A DNA stretch of 6,470 nucleotides from Octopus sinensis. Taxonomy: Eukaryota. The stretch lies in NCBI RefSeq assembly GCF_006345805.1, contig NW_021829334.1:1-6470 (forward strand), written 5' to 3'. The position numbers and the translations under genes are program-made. Positions 1-6,470 of this stretch are shown in pieces. The first letter of the stretch is position 1. Each line of letters starts with the position of its first letter. The notes below the pieces were generated by a model. That model saw only the letters and a list, made by a program, of their open reading frames with translations, was not told the DNA's origin and searched no databases.

Positions 1-36
<36 letters not shown>
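1..36. repeat. (TA)n microsatellite, truncated by the window edge
   Basis: Direct reading: near-perfect TA dinucleotide run. Confidence 0.97.
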
Positions 37-38
<2 letters not shown>

Positions 39-60
39 CATGGATAATAAAGCATGATAT

Positions 61-258
61 TTCAAAACTGGTGAAAATGTACGTACTAGGGCATATAAGA
101 ACGGAAAACAAAGTAGGGAAGAAGGCGTGATTACCAAACGCTTAGGGAATATGCTATACTTAGTGAAAGGAAGAAAATGGGTATACAACAGCAGACGCAT
201 AAATCAACCAAAAGAAAGATTCGCTGAGAGTGAATCGAAAAGAATGAAAGAACCCTAA
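61..258 (+). mobile_element. Degenerate Ty3/Gypsy LTR-retrotransposon pol fragment (integrase C-terminal SH3-like region)
   Basis: Frame +1 from 61 translates FKTGENVRTRAYKNGKQSREEGVITKRLGNMLYLVKGRKWVYNSRRINQPKERF...*. This matches the F-x-x-G-D/E-x-V...W-x-x-G-x-I...G-x-x-x-Y-x-V...R-H-x-N-Q-L pattern at the end of K02A2.6-like Gypsy pol proteins. The conserved W is R here, H is R/I, and there is an in-frame TGA at 55-57. Recognised by eye, no HMM run. Confidence 0.65.
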
Positions 259-433
259 AAAATGAAAGCAAATTGCAATAGAAACCAGAAGCAACCGAAA
301 GTGACGACTGTAACGGCTGTAACATACCAACATTTCATAAAAAGAAAGTAAAAAAACTCTCTACCTCATATTTGAGAAGAAGTATTTGTTTATCAATAAT
401 ATTTCAACTGAGTACATGCTGGTAAGAGACTAA

Positions 434-472
434 CCACAGAACGAAATGTCTTTTGAACTGGAAGTGAGTAAT
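434..472 (+). mobile_element. 5' part of a Merlin/IS1595-like transposase fossil (left of the SINE trimer)
   Basis: 434-472 reads PQNEMSFELEVSN. After removing the SINE trimer and one TSD copy it joins in frame to NTLADWCNFLR at 1097 onward. Confidence 0.5.
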
Positions 473-670
473 CCTTTCTACTATAAGCACAAGGCCTGAA
501 ATTTAGGGGAGGGGGATAGTCGATTTCGTCGACCCCAGTGCGTAACTGGTACTTATTTCATCGACCCCCAAAAGGATGAAAGACAAAGCAGACCTCGGCG
601 GAACTTGAACTCAGAACGTAACGGCAGACGAAATGCGGCTCAGCATATCGCTCGGCGTGCTAACGATTCT
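473..670 (-). mobile_element. tRNA-derived SINE family A, unit 1 (tail type a; head truncated inside the A box)
   Basis: On the minus strand: B-box-like GAGTTCAAGTTCCGCCG, then the central motif GAGGTC(G)ACTTTGCCTTTCATCCTTT..GGGGTCGAT.AAATAAGTACCAG (family consensus) shared with the other copies, then tail CCCCTAAATTTCAGGCCTTGTGCTTATAGTAGAAAGGAT. Confidence 0.9.
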
Positions 671-848
671 TTTTTCTTTATTGCCCACATGGGGCTAAAC
701 ATAGAAGGAACAAACAAGGACAGAGAAAAGGATTAAGTCGATTATATCGACCCCAGTGCATAACTGGTACTTATTTAATCGACCCTGAAAGGATGAAAAG
801 CAAAGTCGACCTTGGCGGAACTCAGAACGTAACGGCAGACGAAATACC
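671..848 (-). mobile_element. tRNA-derived SINE family A, unit 2 (tail type b; 5'-truncated; B box deleted)
   Basis: Aligns colinearly with units 1 and 3. It reads GGCGGAACTCAGAAC where the others read GGCGGAA(T/C)TTGAACTCA(G/C)AAC, a 7-nt deletion through the B box. It stops at GACGAAATACC (848). Confidence 0.9.
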
Positions 849-1080
849 TATTTCTTTACTACCCACAAGGGGCTAAACACAAAGGGGACAAACAAGGACA
901 GACAAACGGATTAAGTCGATTACATCGACCCCAATGTGTAACTTGTACTTATTTAATCGACCCCGAAAGGATGAAAGGCAAAGTCGACCTCGGCGGAATT
1001 TGAACTCACAACGTAGCGGCAGATGAAATACCGCTAAGCATTTCGGCCGGCGTGCTAACGATTCTGCCAGCTCGCCGCCT
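849..1080 (-). mobile_element. tRNA-derived SINE family A, unit 3 (full head, tail type b)
   Basis: The minus strand starts AGGCGGCGAGCTGGCAGAATCGTTAGC (A-box-like TGGCAGAATCG), followed by B box GAGTTCAAATTCC, the central CCTTTCATCCTTTCGGGGTCGAT..AAATAAGTAC motif and a tail ending GTAGTAAAGAAATA. The central motif resembles the Meta/MESC-type SINE domain as I recall it; assignment unverified. Confidence 0.92.
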
Positions 1081-1084
1081 ATTA

Positions 1085-1345
1085 GAAGTGAATAATAATA
1101 CATTAGCTGATTGGTGCAATTTTCTGAGACATGCAAATGAGAAGCGCTTGCAAGCTCTTCCATAGCAACACAGTGGATTGGATAATGCAGGATACCCCAT
1201 GACTGTGGAAATGGAAGAATCGAAAATAAACGTAGGAAATATTACAGAGGAGAGTGACACGAAGGGTGTCGGATGTTTAGTTAAAGAAGAAAGGGGTACG
1301 GGAAATTGTTGTTTGGTACCCGATTGATGCCACTATTGTCACATC
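1085..1345 (+). mobile_element. Degenerate Merlin/IS1595-family (ISXO2-like) DDE transposase fragment
   Basis: Frame +2 reads EVNNNTLADWCNFLR...MTVEMEESK, frame +1 from 1228 reads KRRKYYRGE*HEGCRMFS, and frame +2 from 1289 reads ERGTGNCCLVPD*. These follow the order of the motifs T-x-V-D-W-x-N-F-x-R, V-E-I-D-E-S-K, R-K-Y-x-R-G, W-V-F-G, E-R-x-S/T-G-x-C-F-x-V-x-V-x-D-R. Stops at 1163 and 1325 (plus two in the frame +1 segment), two frameshifts, and the first catalytic D reads E. Confidence 0.78.
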
Positions 1346-1418
1346 CTGGTTCGATCGCGATTTCTGTTAATTTTCTTAGAGCAATTTACTTTCACTTTTT
1401 TACGAGGGTAAACTGCAT

Positions 1419-1715
1419 CTTCTCTCATTTCTCTTTTTCTCGTTTCAGTGATTAGACTGCGGCCATGCTGGGGCACCGCCTTGAAGAATCTTTTTAGTCG
1501 AACGAACCAAGCCCAGTACTTATCTTTATTTTAAACCTGGTACTTAATCGAACTGCTAAGTTACGAGGATGTAAACACCCCAACACCGGTTGTCAAGCGG
1601 TGGTGGGGGAACAAATACACACACACACACACACATACACACACATACACAAACATACACAAACAAACAAACACACACACACAGACACATACACACACAC
1701 AGACACACACACACA

Positions 1716-1758
<43 letters not shown>

Positions 1759-1933
1759 CAAACTACAAACACACACACACACATTTCCGTTTACCAAATC
1801 CACTCACAAGGCTTTGGCCAGCCTAGCTCTGTAGCAGAAGACACTTGTTGCCCAAGGTGCCACACAGCGGAACTGAACCCGGAACGATGTGGTCGGGAAG
1901 CAGACTTCTCACCACACCGCCACGCCTGCGCCT
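1419..1933 (-). mobile_element. tRNA-derived SINE family B (CORE-like domain) with an internal (CA)n tract
   Basis: The minus strand begins AGGCGCAGGCGTGGCGGTGTGGTGAG (A box TGGCGGTGTGG), then B box GGTTCAGTTCC, then GGCACCTTGGGCAACAAGTGTC, similar to the CORE-SINE CCTTGGGCAAGT motif. Candidate degraded TSD: GTAAACTGCAT (1408-1418) and GTTAACTACAT (1934-1944), 9/11. Octopus OR-type tRNA SINEs are published, but the exact family match is unverified. Confidence 0.85.
1611..1783. repeat. Interrupted (CA)n microsatellite inside SINE family B
   Basis: Direct reading; it produces the poly-HT and poly-CV ORFs in the track. Confidence 0.95.
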
Positions 1934-2016
1934 GTTAACTACATGTTAACCCGAGCATTATTCCTTCTCACCACTTCCTACTCTTCCCCCTCCTCCCACA
2001 ACGCTACCGACATTAT

Positions 2017-2397
2017 GGATGGAAGCACTCCGTCGGTTGCGACGATGAGGGTCCCAGCTGATACGATCAACGGAACAGCTTGCTCGTGATATTAACGTGT
2101 AAGTGGCTGAGCACTCCACAGACACGTGTACCCTTAACGTAGTTCTCGGGGATATTCAGCGTGACACAGAGAGTGACAAGGCCGGCCCCTTGAAATACAG
2201 GTACAACAGAAACAGGACGTAAGAGTGAGAGAAAGTTGTGGTGAAAGGAGTACAGCAGGATCACCACCATCCCCTGCCGGAGCCTCGTGGAGCTTTTAGG
2301 TGTTTTCGCTCAATAAACACTCACAACGCCCGGTCTGGGAATCGAAACTGCGATCCTACGTCCGCTGCCCTAACCACTGGGCCATTGCGCCTCCACA
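2017..2397 (-). mobile_element. tRNA-derived SINE family C, copy 1
   Basis: Minus-strand head GTGGAGGCGCAATGGCCCAGTGGTTAGGGCAGCGGAC...GTTTCGATTCCCAG (A and B boxes). Flanked by a perfect 11-bp TSD, ACCGACATTAT (2006-2016 and 2398-2408). Confidence 0.9.
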
Positions 2398-2768
2398 ACC
2401 GACATTATAACGACTCAATCAAATCGCCGCCTCATGGAGTTCCCGCTTCTTCTGGTTGATGATACTCAACATATTGAAAAAGCAGTGTCTCAGAATGCCA
2501 AAGAGGGAAGTTATTCTCCTATGACATATACTAGAGCGACCAGCATATTTTGCGCCTAAATCTGCTCAGACGTGTTAAGAATAAATATGCGAAAATAATC
2601 CTTCCAGATCTTTTTAAAAATGATTATTAAGATTGTTGTCCTTCGGGATGGTCATAGTTTTTTTCTTTTTTTTTCTTCTATTTTTCTTTTCTTTTGCTAA
2701 AAAATCGTGCTCTATACTCGTTCTTCACTTCAGCTTTCTCATTATTCTTGTTTTAGTGTCTTTTGTTT

Positions 2769-2803
2769 GAAATCTTTCGTCACACCTCATGTGACATCTT
2801 CAA
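2769..2803 (-). ncRNA. Degenerate type I hammerhead-ribozyme-like motif (Penelope-like element signature)
   Basis: The minus strand reads TTGAAGAT-GTCACA-TGAGG-TGTGAC-GAAA-GATT-TC: a core-like (C/T)TGAAGA+T, a perfect 6-bp stem II, GAAA and a UC cleavage-type site. C3 is U, stem III is imperfect and stem I is not evident. Confidence 0.45.
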
Positions 2804-2840
2804 CGACTCTCTTCAGCCTACGAGTCTCCTCCTATCCTAT

Positions 2841-3163
2841 TTACTCTTTCACCCTTTTCAAGCCAAGCCAGGCTCATGGGCCCGGTTTCCCCGGTTTCTA
2901 TGGCGTATGTGTTCCCCCACCCCTGCCACAAGCTGGACGGGACGCCAGTCCATCGCAGCGTTACTCAAGAAACAGGAAGAAAGAGTGAGAGAAAGTTGGG
3001 GCAAAAGAGTACAACAGGGGTCGCCACCACCCACTGCCGGCGCCTCGTGGTACTTTAGGTGTTTTTGCTCAATAAACACACACAATGCGTGGTCTGGGAA
3101 TCGAAACCGCTATCCTCCGACCGCGAGTCTGCTGCCGTAACCACTGGGCCATTGCGCCTCCAA
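2841..3163 (-). mobile_element. tRNA-derived SINE family C, copy 2 (different 3' half)
   Basis: Head GGAGGCGCAATGGCCCAGTGGTTACGGCAGCAGACTCGCGGTCGG...GTTTCGATTCC. 2968-3162 aligns with 2208-2396. A 10-bp direct repeat CCTATCCTAT (2831-2840 and 3164-3173) is the likely TSD. Confidence 0.88.
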
Positions 3164-3384
3164 CCTATCCTATCTAGTCTAAATAAATTACCAAAAATCC
3201 AATTTATATTTTACAAGGGAGAGTACTCTGCAAGAAAAACTCAAATTAATTCCCTTTGACTTCGTTGTAAGGAAGATAATTCCTTAAAAGTTGACATTGG
3301 TTTTCCCTTGAATTTCCTTCAAAAATGTCTTATTTAGTGTTTAAATAATACAAATATATTGAAGTCTTGATAACAAATCTGCAA

Positions 3385-3552
3385 CATTTACTGTCTATTA
3401 TCTTTATGTTCCGAGTTCAAATTCCGCCGAGGTCGACTTTGCCTTTCATAATTTCGGAGTCGATAAATTAAGTACCAGTTGCGTACTGGGGTCGATATAA
3501 TCGACTGGCCCACTCCCCACAAAATTGCAGGCCTTGTGAAGTAAAGATTTAT
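3385..3552 (+). mobile_element. tRNA-derived SINE family A, 5'-decayed copy (tail type a), inverted relative to the trimer
   Basis: GAGTTCAAATTCCGCCGAGGTCGACTTTGCCTTTCAT...GTCGATAAATTAAGTACCAGTTGCGTACTGGGGTCGAT...AAAATTGCAGGCCTTGTG is the reverse complement of the 473-670 unit. The 5' boundary is approximate. Confidence 0.88.
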
Positions 3553-3900
3553 TGTCCATTGTTTCTTTTTTTCAGTACGCCATTTTTGCATTTATTGGCG
3601 CCAAAATTACATCCGTTTTCATCAACTCAGTACTTTCATTATGTTAGTTAAAAGTTAAATCTCTGCTGGGAAGTACATACTAAATTCAGGAAGTTTGGTT
3701 AAAGTATTGTTAAAGGTATGCAAATTTATTTTAACTGTATCATTATTATTATTATTATTCTTTCATATACGCAGAGCAGATTAAACTGTTGGAAAATTAA
3801 AATTCTATCATCGGTGTACAAAAAGTAACTTTAGATGCCAAAGAACTTTCTCGGTATTCTAGCTGTCCCTAAGTGTTTTCTAGAACTGCACTAAAATTGG

Positions 3901-3901
<1 letters not shown>

Positions 3902-3963
<62 letters not shown>

Positions 3964-3988
3964 CATCATCATCATCATCATCATCATC
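3902..3988. repeat. Compound trinucleotide microsatellite (ATT)20(ATC)9
   Basis: Direct count; it agrees with the N20/D9 run in the minus-strand ORF track. Confidence 0.97.
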
Positions 3989-3997
3989 AAAGTATTT

Positions 3998-4366
3998 ATA
4001 CATACATACATATACGTACATACATACATACATACATACATACATACACACACATACATACATACATACATACATACATACACATACATACATACACATA
4101 CATACATACATACATACATACATACATACGTACATACATACATACATACATACATACACACACACATATATACATATACATACATATAGACATACATACA
4201 TACATACATATACATACAAACATACATACAAACATACATACAAACATACATACATACATACATACATACATACACATACATACATACATACACACACACA
4301 TACATATACATACATACATATAGACATACATACATACAAACATACACACACACATACATACATACA

Positions 4367-4398
<32 letters not shown>

Positions 4399-4572
4399 CA
4401 TACATACATACATACATACATACATTTCATACATACATACATACATACATACATACATTTCATACATACATGCATACATATATGTATACACACACACACA
4501 TACATACATACATACATACATACATACATACATACATACATACTACATACATACATACATGCATACACACTC
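3998..4572. repeat. Long interrupted (TACA)n tetranucleotide array
   Basis: About 575 bp of TACA with CA, TA, TAGA, CAAA and TTCA interruptions; it produces the poly-YIHT and poly-MYVC ORFs. Confidence 0.97.
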
Positions 4573-5628
4573 ACAAACCGTTTATTGAAATTCGCGCATT
4601 CTCGGAAAAAAGAAATTACATCCCGTAAGGGAAGTAACTCTAACTAAACTATTTTCAACTCTTTGATATATTTCAAACTTTATCACCAATTCCTCGCTAG
4701 AAACTATCCCAATTTATTCTATAAATATAAAATAATTTTAAATTAATTAACGGTTATTCAATTTTTTGTCAGTGACTAAATTTTGAAAGGCTTTTTACCT
4801 ATTATTTGCGTTGATATAGTTCTTGACCCCATTTTATCAGTTTTGGCGCGAAAGTTACATCCGCCTACTTCTTAAGTCATTCATCTTGTTAACAGGGTTA
4901 GTTCTGATGCAATTCGCTTACGCACGATAATATTACCATGACACGTAAGTAAATATATGATTCTTAGTTAGAACAATGAAACATTTGTGAGAACTATTTA
5001 TTATCGATTCCATTTTTGGTTTTCTTTGTTTTTTCATTTTAAGCTTTTTTGTAGCAGAGCAACATATTACATAGTAATATGTGAGTCGACCTGTACAGCA
5101 GTCGCTATAACTTTCTACACCCGAATTTCAAAGCTCGTTAAAGCTTCTATATAAAGAATTATCGAAACTTTTCACTTCACATATTTTTTCTTTAAATATA
5201 ATATTCTTCTAATATTTAGATAGTCCCGATTTTAACAAGTTTGGTCGTTGGACTTAGACAGGCCGGAAGCCAGACTTTTTGTGCATAGGTGTACTTTAGA
5301 ATATCCTGGGTGCGTACTAATTTGTATAGTGGCAAGAGTTTTTGTAAACTGTATTTTCTTGATCTGAGGGTACACCATTGCATAGTGAAGGGTCAGTGTC
5401 GTCCAGTGAACCCCTTTACCGAGCGGGTTGAGTTTAGAACTGATAAATCTCTTTGAATAATCGTTCTTATTTTACAACACTATTGAATACTAACATGTTT
5501 GGTATTTCATTAGAAATTGGTAGCCTCAGTAAGTTATGTAGATAAAATTGTTCCACGATTATGTTCATTGTGTATATAAGTTCAAATCTGACTCGATCCG
5601 ATAAACTTTATCTCTCTCAGTTTCTGCT

Positions 5629-5704
5629 TGTCTGTCTGTCTGTCTCTCTCTCTCTGACTCGCTCTCTCCCTCTCCCCCTCTCTCTCTCTCTCTCTCCCTC
5701 TCTC
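5629..5704. repeat. (CTGT)n/(CT)n compound microsatellite
   Basis: Direct reading. Confidence 0.92.
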
Positions 5705-5874
5705 ACATAATATATGTATATAAATTAGAGAGAGAAGAACCAATTCTTTCCCTTTCCTCGCCGACTGGTATTTCTCTGTTATCTTGGTGCTTTACAGGGG
5801 TTTAATTAAAACTTTAACTCTTATTTCAAGCAGGTTGATGCTTTCTTGCATCCTTTCGCTTCGTGCTAATTTTA

Positions 5875-5907
<33 letters not shown>

Positions 5908-5999
5908 GATATATATAATATATATATATTATATATACATACATACATACATACGTACATACATACATACATACATACTACATACATATATATATATAA

Positions 6000-6061
<62 letters not shown>

Positions 6062-6088
6062 TATATATATATATATTATGTATATATA

Positions 6089-6139
<51 letters not shown>

Positions 6140-6166
6140 TAGAGAGAAGAGAGAGAGAGAGAGAGA
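5875..6166. repeat. (TA)n with an embedded (TACA)n block, followed by (AG)n
   Basis: Direct reading: TA to about 6131 with TACA at about 5935-5985, then AG at 6131-6166. Confidence 0.95.
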
Positions 6167-6403
6167 TCAAAATGACGAGTAGATAGACAGCCGACAACTG
6201 ATGAAGGGTCGTTCTTTATGTTACTTGTCCTGTTTTCCATTTGTTTGCGTATCGAACTCATTTGTCTTCGTATTTCATGTTGTTTTATGTTGGTGGCGTC
6301 CTGTACCCATATATGCATGTGTGTTTGTTTGTGTATATATAAGTATATGTACACACACATATGTATACATACTTTATATATAAATGTATCAGAGTGTGTG
6401 CGA

Positions 6404-6470
6404 ATGTATGTTATGTATGTTGTATGTATGTATGTATGTATGTATGTATGTATGTATGTATGTATGTATG
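6404..6470. repeat. (TATG)n microsatellite, truncated by the window edge
   Basis: Direct reading; reverse complement of the TACA motif. Confidence 0.96.

Noticed and set aside
473-1080. Regularly spaced direct repeats resembling a CRISPR or satellite array
   Set aside because: Units are about 180-230 bp SINE copies with homologous intervening sequence; no unique spacers or cas genes.
873-1260. Minus-strand ORFs of 96 and 84 aa
   Set aside because: They overlap SINE A unit 3 and lie antisense to the Merlin fossil; no recognisable domain.
1556-1938. ORFs of 63-112 aa (poly-CV, poly-HT)
   Set aside because: Translations of the (CA)n tract and SINE B on both strands; low complexity.
2432-2560. 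Short frame MEFPLLLVDDTQHIEK... with a Walker-B-like LLLVDD
   Set aside because: Only about 41 codons, no Walker A or other ATPase motif, no convincing splice sites; chance match likely.
3085-3163. tRNA-like sequence (and similar heads at 1000-1080, 1860-1933, 2330-2396)
   Set aside because: A and B boxes are present, but acceptor stems and anticodon arms are not intact and each continues into a SINE body; not tRNA genes.
2067-3259. ORFs of 60-125 aa, two ending in similar RCF.SINTHNA.SGNRN peptides
   Set aside because: The similarity comes from the shared SINE C head, not from a gene family.
473-3552. Strand bias of SINEs toward the minus strand
   Set aside because: Counted as insertion events it is 4 minus versus 1 plus, too few to be meaningful.
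3869-4628. Longest ORFs (182-251 aa), including a signal-peptide-like poly-Leu start
   Set aside because: Stop-free frames of (ATT)n, (ATC)n and (TACA)n, open on both strands; no coding evidence.
5233-5475. About 80-codon stop-free frame on the minus strand
   Set aside because: No recognisable motif or supporting splice signals; length is compatible with chance.
6199-6240. CTGATGA hammerhead core
   Set aside because: No GAAA after a plausible stem II and no stem I or III; not a hammerhead as it stands.
5826-6383. Poly-YI ORFs and short flanking ORFs
   Set aside because: Products of the (TA)n and (TACA)n tracts.

Overview
AT-rich, repeat-saturated eukaryotic non-coding DNA. The SINE families and the density of TA/CA/TACA microsatellites resemble octopus genomes; this is inference from recalled repeat sequences, not a database search. 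I find no intact protein-coding gene, and every ORF in the supplied track lies in a microsatellite or SINE, or has no recognisable product. Positions 1-3550 are a layered transposon graveyard: a Ty3/Gypsy integrase C-terminal fossil, a Merlin/IS1595-like (ISXO2) DDE transposase fossil split by a head-to-tail SINE trimer bounded by one target-site duplication (TSD) pair, further tRNA-derived SINEs (three families in total, with shared or swapped modules), and a degenerate Penelope-type hammerhead ribozyme motif. Positions 3550-6470 are mostly microsatellite, plus two diverged copies of an exon-like segment about 1.25 kb apart whose function is unexplained.
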